From contig CAXXVL010000002.1 of NCBI GenBank assembly GCA_963667845.2, positions 2,304,001-2,368,000 on the forward strand: a stretch of DNA of 64,000 bases, read 5' to 3'. This stretch comes from Smithellaceae bacterium (GTDB taxonomy: Bacteria > Desulfobacterota > Syntrophia > Syntrophales > Smithellaceae). Shown in pieces: positions 1 through 8,878 of this stretch (the first letter of the stretch is position 1; each line of letters starts with the position of its first letter). The translations under genes and the position numbers were made by a program. The notes under the pieces are model-generated. The model was not told the origin of the DNA, ran no database searches, and was given only the letters and a program-made list of their open reading frames with translations.

Positions 1-112
1 TACATGATCTGGAGAGGAAGAAGTTTAAAAAAGACCGTATCATGACTCTGCTTTACATCCAGAGACTGCGTAAGCTGCCGTCAAAGCATGCGTGGATGAT
101 GTAACCAATTTC

Positions 113-460
113 TCAGCGCAGCTCGAGCAGGCTCATCCGGATCCGGTCCGACAGCGCATACCAGCGCTGGACGCTGTTTTCGAGCCGGTAGTAGTGGAGC
201 AGGTAGGCAGCCGACAAAATGAGCAGTAACCCGGTGAGCAGCATGCAGGGAAGGCCCGTGTAAATCAGCGTGAAGCCTAAAGCCAGGAGAAAGAACAGGC
301 AGACAAACATCATGGTAATCAGGTGGGCCAGTCGTTCCTGCTGCATCCAGGAAATCTGTTTGTCGTGGTAGCTGGCGAGCTCGCGAAGGACCTCTTGTCC
401 CGGGTTCGTTTCCACAAGCTCCGAAACATAGCGTTCATGCCTTTTGATATAGTCGATCAT
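113..460 (-). CDS. hypothetical membrane protein (2 TM)
   Basis: 115-aa ORF with two hydrophobic segments, SD-like GGAAAGG upstream, co-oriented with the two upstream genes. Confidence 0.75.
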   Translation of the reverse strand: MIDYIKRHERYVSELVETNPGQEVLRELASYHDKQISWMQQERLAHLITMMFVCLFFLLALGFTLIYTGLPCMLLTGLLLILSAAYLLHYYRLENSVQRWYALSDRIRMSLLELR

Positions 461-477
461 AATTTGCCTTTCCGTTT

Positions 478-1044
478 TTAATGTCTGGCTATTCTGGGGA
501 AAAACATCGGTGTCCTTCTCTTATAGTCGAGATATGCCGGACCCAACCTCATGACCAGTTCCGGTTCTTCGATCGCCTTCAGTTCGAGGACGTTGATCAA
601 AATGAAGAGCGGCGTAAAAATAAAAAGCAAAGTAACGGACTGAAACAAGAAGCCCAGTCCGAACAACAGCAGGAAAACTCCGCTCAACATGGGATTGCGG
701 ATATAGGCGTAGGGGCCGGTCGTAATAAGGACCGGCGGTGGATTGAACGGGACAGGAGTGCCTTTCGCCTTAAGAAAGTTGTACAGGCACCACAACGCCA
801 ACGTGAGCCCGCTGCCGGCGAAGATGATGGACAACCAGATGTTGACGGGTGTACCGGGGAACTCAGGCAAATGAAACCAGTGGTCTATCAGCAAAGAAAC
901 GATCACAAACAATGTTGAAAACAGGAAATAGGACAGGCCGACCACGGGGGTGAGAATCATCCGCATCTTTCTGCTTCCCGTTGCAATGGTGTAAATGAGG
1001 TCAATCCAATTTGCTTTGATGCCCATAGTATTATCCTTTCCCAT
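478..1044 (-). CDS. isoprenylcysteine carboxylmethyltransferase (ICMT/PEMT) family membrane protein
   Basis: GTPVPFNPP..LITTGPYAYIRNPM..G and EE..L..RLG..Y..Y...TP motifs. Confidence 0.85.
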   Translation of the reverse strand: MGKDNTMGIKANWIDLIYTIATGSRKMRMILTPVVGLSYFLFSTLFVIVSLLIDHWFHLPEFPGTPVNIWLSIIFAGSGLTLALWCLYNFLKAKGTPVPFNPPPVLITTGPYAYIRNPMLSGVFLLLFGLGFLFQSVTLLFIFTPLFILINVLELKAIEEPELVMRLGPAYLDYKRRTPMFFPRIARH

Positions 1045-1109
1045 ACTCCGGAAAATTCATAGGGCGAAGGCATTTCTTTCCCTTATGAAACACGATAGCG
1101 ATGTTGCGT

Positions 1110-1931
1110 CTATTCCACAGGACGATCCGCTCCGGCGTCGTCTATGAAATTATCTTTGATCCGTTTTGCCGGGTCCTGCTGATAGAATTGTCTCAACACA
1201 CGATAAAGCTCCGGCGCAGATTTGGTCAATCTGACCGGCTGATCAAAAAAATGCTCGGTAGCCACGGCAAAAAATTCGGCTTCGTCCGTGGCCCCATACT
1301 CATCGATGAAGGTGCGTTTTCCTTTTTCCACGTCCTTGAGCAGCCGCCGGAATTCGCGTGAACACGTCCTGATCCAGTCACGGTATTCGGCTCGGTCGCG
1401 CAAACGGGGGGTGCCGTCGGCCGCGCCGGCCAGCATATCGAGTTTGTGCGCGAATTCGTGATAGACCACGTTATAGCCTGAACCTGCATGACGGATGCCG
1501 TCTCGGACCGCGTCCCAGGAAAAGATCAGCGGTCCCTGTTCAAACGCCTGGCCGGAAACGGGGCCGTCGGGCTCCAGGGGTTCCAGCGCGGTTTCGAAAA
1601 AGCCGAGTCTGCGTTTGGGCAAGACGAGATCGGAAGGATAGACGATGATCGTTTCGACGTTTTCGTAATAGGTGTCGGGAAGATTCAGAGTCAGCAGGCA
1701 GGCCCCGGCGGCAACTGTCACGCGGATTTTATCCGTGAGGACGAGACCCCCGCAGCCTTCCCAGGATTTTTCGGCGATGAAGATCTGAACAAGGGAATGC
1801 AGTCGGGCGCGTTCATCAGAGGTCAGGAGTCTGTATTGAGTCATATGGCGATGGATGATATCGCCCCATTCGGGGGGAAAAGGCGTACGGACAATATCCC
1901 GGCGACGTCGCTTTGCAAACCAGTTAAACAT
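1110..1931 (-). CDS. M90 family zinc metallopeptidase (MtfA-like)
   Basis: NVVYHEFAHKLD (HExxH), DGTP and YGAT..AEFFAVATE.FF motifs. Confidence 0.9.
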   Translation of the reverse strand: MFNWFAKRRRRDIVRTPFPPEWGDIIHRHMTQYRLLTSDERARLHSLVQIFIAEKSWEGCGGLVLTDKIRVTVAAGACLLTLNLPDTYYENVETIIVYPSDLVLPKRRLGFFETALEPLEPDGPVSGQAFEQGPLIFSWDAVRDGIRHAGSGYNVVYHEFAHKLDMLAGAADGTPRLRDRAEYRDWIRTCSREFRRLLKDVEKGKRTFIDEYGATDEAEFFAVATEHFFDQPVRLTKSAPELYRVLRQFYQQDPAKRIKDNFIDDAGADRPVE

Positions 1932-2118
1932 GCCGATCCTTTTTTACCTGTCTGATGGCAGAATTTGTATCATAAAAGCCATCATATGAAAAACATCATT
2001 TCAAGAATGCGCGCGGCATAATTTTCATTGAAACAAAGCTTCGATCAGGCTAAATTGTCAAAGAGGAACGCAATGACGAGGAGGATAAAAAAGGAGAAGA
2101 CTTCTTTTAGCAGCGGTT

Positions 2119-2760
2119 TTGATGACAGTCCTGTTGTTCGCGGCAACTGCAGGGGCCGAGGACTATAATCAGGTTCGATCCTACAAGCCTTATAGCTGGA
2201 CCGGCTTCTATTTCGGTTTTCAGGGAAGCTACATGCGAGGGACGAGCGATTGGGAGCCGGAAGGCAGCTCTCAGCACATAAAAAATGATACGGAAGGGGG
2301 GATGGGCGGAATTTATGTCGGCTACCTGTATCAGACACCGGTGAAACTTGTTGTCGGCATCGAGGCGGAAACCAATTACGGTCGTCTCTCCTCTAATTCC
2401 TCCTGCCCTAATCCGTCATATGCCTGCCATACTGACATCAACTGGATCGGTTCAATGCACGGCAGGTTAGGTTATGCACTGGGCCGTTTTATGCCTTATG
2501 TAACCATCGGATGGGCTTACGCCGGCGCCGATACGTATGTGAACTACCTGCCGACCGGTGAGGAATACGGCAGCAGAAATTCTTATCTGGGCTGGACGCC
2601 GGGTGTCGGGTTTGAATTCGCCGTAACGAACAATTTCCTGATCCGCGGCGAATACGCGTATTACGATTTCGGAAAGAGAAGTGCGACGATTCAAAACACC
2701 GAAACGGACATCCGGCTCGCGAATCATGCGTTCAAATTCGGCCTGGGTCTGAAGTTTTAG
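2119..2760 (+). CDS. outer membrane beta-barrel protein (Omp25/RopB-like); start codon uncertain
   Basis: SWTGFY.G, GRLGYA, GW..G.G.E.A, R.EY.Y.DFG motifs and C-terminal Phe; signal peptide ending ATAGA. Confidence 0.85.
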   Translation: MMTVLLFAATAGAEDYNQVRSYKPYSWTGFYFGFQGSYMRGTSDWEPEGSSQHIKNDTEGGMGGIYVGYLYQTPVKLVVGIEAETNYGRLSSNSSCPNPSYACHTDINWIGSMHGRLGYALGRFMPYVTIGWAYAGADTYVNYLPTGEEYGSRNSYLGWTPGVGFEFAVTNNFLIRGEYAYYDFGKRSATIQNTETDIRLANHAFKFGLGLKF

Positions 2761-2846
2761 TGCAAGCGGCTGAAAAATGGGCTGTCTGATCATCAGCCTT
2801 GATCAGTCAGATCAAGTCGGGGTGCATCCTTTTTGCGGAGGCGATA

Positions 2847-3218
2847 GTGTATTCACTTCTTGCCGATGCGGTCATCATCGTTCATTTTCTGTTTATCGCC
2901 TTTGTCGTCGCCGGCGGGCTGCTCGTGATGTGGCGGCCGGGGCTGGCCTGGCTGCATGTTCCCGCTGTCGTCTGGGGAGCGCTCATTGAATTTGCCGGCT
3001 GGATCTGCCCGCTCACTGAGCTCGAAGATTACCTGCGCCTGCGCGGCGGCGGTGAAGCATATAGCGGTGATTTTATTGTGCACTACATCGCTGTGGTGAT
3101 TTATCCCGCCGGTCTTACCGCCTCTGTGCAATACATCCTGGGCGGTCTGGTCCTAATCATCAATCTCACCGTCTATGCCCTTGTTTTCAGCAGACGGCGC
3201 AGCCGTCATCGATCCTGA
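2847..3218 (+). CDS. DUF2784 family membrane protein
   Basis: LAD....H..FI.FVV.GG, LH.P...WG..IE..GW.CPLT.LE..LR motifs; GTG start at 2847 behind GGAGG. Confidence 0.85.
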   Translation: MYSLLADAVIIVHFLFIAFVVAGGLLVMWRPGLAWLHVPAVVWGALIEFAGWICPLTELEDYLRLRGGGEAYSGDFIVHYIAVVIYPAGLTASVQYILGGLVLIINLTVYALVFSRRRSRHRS

Positions 3219-3300
3219 TCCCGCTCGGGCGCGGAATCAGGATCGGCCTTGCCGGCGGCAAAAGTTTAATTCATCATCGCCTGTATGTTGCCATTGGCCG

Positions 3301-5031
3301 TCAATTGGGCATCCCATGACACTTGTCGCATCTTACCATGTCGCCTTTGGCGTAGGTTCTGGCCTGGCCTTCAATCGTAAAGCTGCGGGCGACCGGCACC
3401 CGGGCCAGCGTTGTTCCGGTTAGCGTCAAGCCATGGCAGGCCCGGCAACTGTTCTTGTCGGCGTTATAGAAACTATCGTGGCCGTCATCATACCACCGTG
3501 AGTCATTGATATTGTGCAGGCCGTGGGGACCGTTCGTTGTCCGTGCCAGACTTCCGGCTTTATGACAGGCGGTGCACTCCATGATCTTACCCGCATATCC
3601 CTGGATTTTGATCGCGGCCAGATTGTCGTTCGCGCCGGCAATGGCATTTGGCCATTCGGCATGCGTGCTGCCGTGGCAGCCTTCACAGGTGATATTGCCG
3701 TGGCCTTTACTGTATCGGTAAAGGGTGTTGGTGTTTTCCGCGAAACGCTTGTTTACGGCCAGAAGACTCGACGCGGACGGGTCGCCCGTGCGATAAGCCT
3801 GACGCAGATGAAAAGGCCACGTCGGGTCGGGGACGAGATTGGCGCCCGTCAGATAGGATACGGCGTCGCCGGTATGACACGACTGGCAGCGGGGCAGATC
3901 GCGCCATGGTCGTCGGGGGCTGCCGTCATTGGTGCCGTCAATACTGCCTCCCGCCAGAAGCGGATATGTCCCGCCGACTGCCGCCATGTTGGAGTGACAT
4001 TCATTGCAGGTCAGGCCCGCCGTATGCATGGCGCCCCGCAGGCACTGTGTGACTGCACCGGGGTGACACTGGTAGCAGGTTTGCAGCATGGTGCCGCCCG
4101 GCGGGAAAACGGGATTGCCTCCAACCGTTAACGTGCCGTGGTATTTATGCATGACCGAAGAGAAATTGGGTTTTCCCTGCTGGGTCGGAGTGGGACCCTG
4201 ACCGGACAAGTCGAGCGCAAATGAGTAATGGCACTGTGCGCATAAGACAGGCGTCGATGTCGCCAGGCTTGTAGACTGATCCGCATCATGCAGTTTCAGG
4301 ATATTCTTCTTGGCTTGTACTTCGATGTCGGTGTCTGTCGCCCAGGTGATGCCGGCCCTTGTCGAAGCAATGCCGCCCGTTTGGTGGCAGGTCCGGCAGT
4401 TTGTTTCGGTGGCCACCGGAACAACGGCATCAAGGTATCCGATTTGATTGCTTGTCTGTTTGCTGTAGGCCCTGATGCGCAGAAGCGGATACGTGTTACT
4501 CGCCAGCGCATCGTCGGTTGGGACTATGGGTATGCCGAACGCCGTAAACAGGGCGGCGGTGACGTCATAGGGCATGGTTTGCGGTCCTTTGGCCTGCGGA
4601 TTATCCTGCGGCATATAGAACCCGGCCAATCCCTCTCCGGTTGTTAATTGAACACCCAGGAACAGATTATTCGCGTATTGCCAGAAATTTGTTTTGCCGA
4701 TACTGCGAGAATTGATCGAGCCGGTCGGGTCCGCGATGGCGTCATAACGGACGGTGGCATCGGCATCCGTTACCAGCACAGGATTTCCGCTGGCGTCCTG
4801 GATGATGACTTGGGCATGCACAACATTGAAGGGCGGCAGGATCGAAAAAGTCGAAAATTCACGGTCTATACAATGCATGCCCAGATCGTTGGCGGCAAGC
4901 ACGATCGCCGTGTCGGTCGCAGGGGGCGGGGGCGGTGGCGAGGGCGGGGTGCTGGCGCTGTCTCCGCCTCCTCCTCCGCATGCCGCGATACCGATGAGTA
5001 GAAATCCCAGGATGCTTTTTGTAAGTTTCAT
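3301..5031 (-). CDS. nine-heme cytochrome c lipoprotein
   Basis: 9 CxxCH motifs (CRTCH, CAQCH, CYQCH, CNECH, CQSCH, CEGCH, CTACH, CRACH, CDKCH); lipobox IAAC followed by Gly/Pro linker; NDLGMHC motif; ATG 5031 behind GGAGG. Confidence 0.9.
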   Translation of the reverse strand: MKLTKSILGFLLIGIAACGGGGGDSASTPPSPPPPPPATDTAIVLAANDLGMHCIDREFSTFSILPPFNVVHAQVIIQDASGNPVLVTDADATVRYDAIADPTGSINSRSIGKTNFWQYANNLFLGVQLTTGEGLAGFYMPQDNPQAKGPQTMPYDVTAALFTAFGIPIVPTDDALASNTYPLLRIRAYSKQTSNQIGYLDAVVPVATETNCRTCHQTGGIASTRAGITWATDTDIEVQAKKNILKLHDADQSTSLATSTPVLCAQCHYSFALDLSGQGPTPTQQGKPNFSSVMHKYHGTLTVGGNPVFPPGGTMLQTCYQCHPGAVTQCLRGAMHTAGLTCNECHSNMAAVGGTYPLLAGGSIDGTNDGSPRRPWRDLPRCQSCHTGDAVSYLTGANLVPDPTWPFHLRQAYRTGDPSASSLLAVNKRFAENTNTLYRYSKGHGNITCEGCHGSTHAEWPNAIAGANDNLAAIKIQGYAGKIMECTACHKAGSLARTTNGPHGLHNINDSRWYDDGHDSFYNADKNSCRACHGLTLTGTTLARVPVARSFTIEGQARTYAKGDMVRCDKCHGMPN

Positions 5032-5521
5032 AAGATCCTCCATTTCATTGTTGTTTTTCTTATATGCCGTAGATGCATGGGAAAGAAGCTCCGTATGGCC
5101 GAATGAACCGGTTTAGTGGAACACGCAAGCGAAACAGCGCGGGCGGCAATGTGAGACGAACATTTCGTTGGACGATACCCATTAAAAATATAAAGACGCC
5201 AAACAGGATGTCAATTTATGATAAGTAATAAGACGCATCCCCGTATTGTAGAATTTATGTAGCTTTATGGGAGGATGACGCTACCATTTATCTCTTTTAA
5301 TCCGGGCATCGCAGCCGGATGCAGTTGCGATGAGTGATTTGCGGCACTTCCGGCGTATAAAATATTCTTAGGTCTTTTTGAAAGAATTCTCGGGGCAGGC
5401 CTGTGTTGAAAGACCAGTGGAAATGAAGTCTGGCCAGAGATCTTCCGATGTCGTGCAAATATGCGGACGCTCATGTCCGAAAACGGCTGGCATAAGTTTT
5501 TGTAAACAGGTATGAAGGCCC

Positions 5522-6964
5522 ATGACCTCTGAACATAAGAAATATTATGACGCCATGCTGGCGCGTGACTATCGCTTCGACGGCAAGTTCTTCGTGGGCG
5601 TCAAGACAACCGGTATCTATTGCCGGCCGATTTGCCCGGCCCGACCGAAAATCGAAAATGTCGAATTTTTCCCGTCGTCGCCTGCGGCCGAAAAAGCGGG
5701 ATACCGTCCGTGTCTGAGATGCCGTCCGGAGGCTGCACCGCTGTCACCCGCCTGGTACGGGAAGTCCGCCATTGTGCAAAGATCGCTGCGCGCCATTATC
5801 AATGACGGGCTTGCCGGCTTGTCCGAGGATGAATTTGCCGACAAATTCGGAGTAACCGCCCGGCACCTGCGGCGTCTGTTTGTGAGCGAAATCGGCAAAA
5901 CCCCCCGGCAATTCTATGAGGAACAAAAATTAAACCTGGCGCGCAAAATGATTGTCGAGACGCGACTGCCCGTAACCGACATCTGTTATTCGGCCGGCTT
6001 TCAATCGCTCAGAAGATTCAATGCCGCTTTTAAGGCACGGTTTTCGAGAGCGCCGGTCGCCCTTCGCCGGGCCGGAGCCGGCGACAAGGCCGAGCCGCCG
6101 GTGACGAGCATCAGCCTCAGTTATCGACCGCCTTACAACTGGCGGGCCCTGATGACGTATTTGATGCGCCATCAAACCGATCACATCGAAGAGATTACGC
6201 CCGATGCTTATATACGCTATTTCCCGATCGGGAAGGGCATAGGAAGGGTGATTGTCAAAAATGAGGAAGCAACGTCGCGGCTCGTTGCTTATTTTGACCG
6301 CTTCGATCACGAGCAACTTTATGGTCTGATCCAGAATATCAGGAGGCTGTTTGATCTGGATGCCGATCCGCTCCTGGTTTCTTCACAATTTGAACGCACG
6401 GAATTATTAAGAACGCTTGACGAAAAATCGCCGGGCGTAAGGGCGCCGGGATGCTGGAACGGGTTTGAAACGGCAGTCGGTATTATTATGGGTCAGGTCG
6501 TGACGATGATGCAGGCGCGCCGCAACATGCAGGAGCTTCTCTCCCGCTATGGGGAAGAACGTCAGTGGCAGGATAAAAGAGTTTTTATCTTTCCCGATCC
6601 GGCGAAATTGGCCGAATCCGATTTGAGCGGTGTGCCGATTACAGGAATCCGCAAGCGGACCATTCGAACCCTGTCCGAGAAAGTGGCCGCGGGGGAGCTG
6701 TCCCTGAACGCCCATCAAGACCCGGCCGGCCTGAAGGAAAAACTCCGGGCCATACCGGGTATCGGCGACTGGACGGCACAATACATCGGGATGCGCTGCC
6801 TCAGCGACCCGGACAGTTATCCGGCGACGGATTTGATCTTAAAGCGGGTGGCCGATATCGAACAAGGGATGGATTTAGAGCAGGCAAGGCCTTGGCGGGC
6901 CTATGCCGCATTTCTGCTGTGGGATGCCTATGCGGGAAAATTGGTCAAGAAAAGGGGGAAATAA
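5522..6964 (+). CDS. alkA: Ada metal-binding/AraC regulator fused to AlkA 3-methyladenine DNA glycosylase
   Basis: GVKTTGIYCRPICPA and RPCLRCRPE Ada zinc motifs, AraC HTH, HhH motif IPGIGDWTAQYI. Confidence 0.92.
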   Translation: MTSEHKKYYDAMLARDYRFDGKFFVGVKTTGIYCRPICPARPKIENVEFFPSSPAAEKAGYRPCLRCRPEAAPLSPAWYGKSAIVQRSLRAIINDGLAGLSEDEFADKFGVTARHLRRLFVSEIGKTPRQFYEEQKLNLARKMIVETRLPVTDICYSAGFQSLRRFNAAFKARFSRAPVALRRAGAGDKAEPPVTSISLSYRPPYNWRALMTYLMRHQTDHIEEITPDAYIRYFPIGKGIGRVIVKNEEATSRLVAYFDRFDHEQLYGLIQNIRRLFDLDADPLLVSSQFERTELLRTLDEKSPGVRAPGCWNGFETAVGIIMGQVVTMMQARRNMQELLSRYGEERQWQDKRVFIFPDPAKLAESDLSGVPITGIRKRTIRTLSEKVAAGELSLNAHQDPAGLKEKLRAIPGIGDWTAQYIGMRCLSDPDSYPATDLILKRVADIEQGMDLEQARPWRAYAAFLLWDAYAGKLVKKRGK

Positions 6965-6965
6965 A

Positions 6966-7472
6966 ATGGAACTCTATGTTAAACACATGCAGACGCCGAT
7001 CGGCGAAATCACTCTTTATGCAAATGATCGGGCCTTGGTCGGCCTTTACACGGGCAAGTACGACACAAAGGGACTCCCGGACCGTTTTCAATCCGCCCGG
7101 GAAAAAGACACTCCGGTCCTTTTGAAGGCCCAGAGGGAAATCGCCGACTACTTTGCAGGCAAACTGAAGAAATTCACCGTGCCCGTGGAATTTAAAGGGA
7201 CGCCGTTTCAGGAGGCCGTTTGGCACTCCCTTTGCACCATCGGCTTCGGCGAGTTGTCTTCCTATGCCGATGTCGCCGCGAGCATCGGAAAACCCGCGGC
7301 CTGCCGGGCCGTGGGCGGAGCGGTCGGACGTAATCCGGTGTCGATTATTATTCCCTGTCACCGCGTCATCGGTTCCAATGGAACGCTGACGGGATTCGGC
7401 GGCGGTCTGCCCGTGAAGACCCGTCTGTTGCAGACCGAAGGGCACCGCGTCGAAGGATCAAGGATTGCCTGA
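6966..7472 (+). CDS. ogt: methylated-DNA-protein-cysteine S-methyltransferase
   Basis: GTPFQ..VW, RAVG.A...NP..IIIPCHRV active site; ATG at 6966 directly after alkA. Confidence 0.95.
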   Translation: MELYVKHMQTPIGEITLYANDRALVGLYTGKYDTKGLPDRFQSAREKDTPVLLKAQREIADYFAGKLKKFTVPVEFKGTPFQEAVWHSLCTIGFGELSSYADVAASIGKPAACRAVGGAVGRNPVSIIIPCHRVIGSNGTLTGFGGGLPVKTRLLQTEGHRVEGSRIA

Positions 7473-8144
7473 GGGGCAGCTCTCTTTGGCACTTTGCGCT
7501 TTCCATTGCAGTGGATTTGGCAGCAGGCGGAATTTCCCCATCATCCATTTCCAGGGAAAGAACATCGACACCTGCTTCTGATAAGCGATGTATTCGTCGC
7601 CGAATTCCCGGATCAGCTTGCGCTCCTCGAGGCGAGTCCCGATGACCACATATACGGTCAGGATAGTATTCACCATCAGGCGCGTTCCATCAAGGTCCTG
7701 AGCCCAGAAGAGGAGCAGAGCTCCGGAATAGAAGGGATGGCGGATCAGTCCCAGGACACCCTTCGATACGATGCCGCCGGGCGCAGCAGCTATGGGTCGG
7801 TCTCCCTCCAGAATCTGGCGAGCGCCGAGAAGGTGCAGGAAGCTGTAATGCCGGAGCGCCGCGGCAAACAGCAGCACTCCGGCCAGATTGGTGAGCCATT
7901 TCAGCCCCACGAGTGGACCGCTCCAGGTAAAGAAGGCGGGACCGGCCATCCGCGCTGTGTACACCAGAAGAGGAGCGATCGTGATCAGCGCCACCGCGTT
8001 GTAGAAAAGGCGGTAAAACCGGTAATGACGGCCCAGCCGTCTTTGCGCAAAGTCCGTGACCGCAATCGAAATCAGCACGCTGTGCAGAGTGACAAAAGCA
8101 ATCCATCCCAGCGCGAGCAGGAAATATTCTGCGCAGGCGGTCAT
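7458..8144 (-). CDS. NnrU/MddA (methanethiol S-methyltransferase)-like membrane methyltransferase, ICMT superfamily
   Basis: F..LHS, YR.FYN, IRHPFYSG, EERKL..EFG..Y..Y...V.MF.P motifs; start overlaps the upstream stop (ATGA). Confidence 0.8.
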   Translation of the reverse strand: MTACAEYFLLALGWIAFVTLHSVLISIAVTDFAQRRLGRHYRFYRLFYNAVALITIAPLLVYTARMAGPAFFTWSGPLVGLKWLTNLAGVLLFAAALRHYSFLHLLGARQILEGDRPIAAAPGGIVSKGVLGLIRHPFYSGALLLFWAQDLDGTRLMVNTILTVYVVIGTRLEERKLIREFGDEYIAYQKQVSMFFPWKWMMGKFRLLPNPLQWKAQSAKESCPSGNP

Positions 8145-8401
8145 TGTTCAGCCCCCCGGGATTGCCGGGGTGGCCTGCGGAAAAGTGCCCCGAAGATAAA
8201 CCACAGCCCCAGGCCGACAAGCAGCGCCGGCCAGAATAAGCCTGCCAGTTCGGCGGGCAGCCAGTGCGCTTCCCGCCCCAGCCAGAACAGGCCCACCACG
8301 ATGAACAATATTCCCCAGAAAGTGCCGCTGCCCCGGCTGCACATCCGGCTGCATACTTCCCACATATTCCTGTTTTCGTTCGTTTCTTCTTGCCTGACCA
8401 T
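8141..8401 (-). CDS. small membrane protein (LiaF/DUF5668-like TM hairpin) with N-terminal CxxxC
   Basis: FWGILFIVVGLFWL...FWPALLVGLGL pattern; ATG at 8401 behind GGGAG; C-S-R-M-C before TM1. Confidence 0.7.
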   Translation of the reverse strand: MVRQEETNENRNMWEVCSRMCSRGSGTFWGILFIVVGLFWLGREAHWLPAELAGLFWPALLVGLGLWFIFGALFRRPPRQSRGAEQ

Positions 8402-8442
8402 CTTTGTTCTCCCTTCCGGTTCTCTCGTTTGGTTTCGGGCCA

Positions 8443-8682
8443 TCAGTCCTGAGGGGCGGTCGTGGTATCCTTTTCGGACCCGCCGCAGCACATCGCCATC
8501 ATCGACTTCATGGCCTCCATGTTGACTTTTCCTTCCTTGTCGCCCAGGAATGATTTCATCATGGCCTCGCAGCCGCTGAAATCGACCTTCGTCTCCGAGC
8601 CTGCTGCCGGACAGCACTGCTGCATCCGAGCAAAGCATTCGGCAAACCCCACACCACTTTTGTTTTCTTTTTGTTCCGTCAT
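8443..8682 (-). CDS. small Cys/Met-rich protein (6 Cys including two CC pairs, 9 Met in 79 aa)
   Basis: SD GGAGG upstream; first gene after a promoter/operator; composition suggests soft-metal binding. Confidence 0.7.
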   Translation of the reverse strand: MTEQKENKSGVGFAECFARMQQCCPAAGSETKVDFSGCEAMMKSFLGDKEGKVNMEAMKSMMAMCCGGSEKDTTTAPQD

Positions 8683-8716
8683 GACTTCGTCCTCCTTCGA
8701 GATTTCGAAATTTCTG

Positions 8717-8762
8717 TATTTCGATATATTTCGAAATATAATATCCGGGAACGCCCTGTCAA
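8717..8762 (-). promoter_or_regulatory. sigma70-type promoter (TTGACA-16 nt-TATATT) overlapped by palindromic operator TATTTCGA-N6-TCGAAATA
   Basis: -35 at 8762..8757, -10 at 8740..8735, perfect 8-bp inverted repeat at 8717..8738. Confidence 0.7.
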
Positions 8763-8878
8763 GGGGAATTTCTACCGGGCGGGGATGGATTTATGAAATA
8801 TTTAATGATGACGATGCGTTACAGGCCGAAATATTTCGGGCCGGAATCTGTCCGGCCCGGAGTGCCGGGGGAAACCGG

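Noticed and set aside
3..104. Possible 3' end of a plus-strand gene entering the window
   Set aside because: Only 33 codons are visible and there is no recognisable motif.
5473..5491. Possible Ada-box upstream of alkA
   Set aside because: The position is plausible, but there is one instance and no consensus I can verify.
8443..8445. UGA stop of the Cys-rich peptide as a Sec codon
   Set aside because: No hairpin or GGU at +22; the downstream sequence is the next gene's purine-rich ribosome-binding region.
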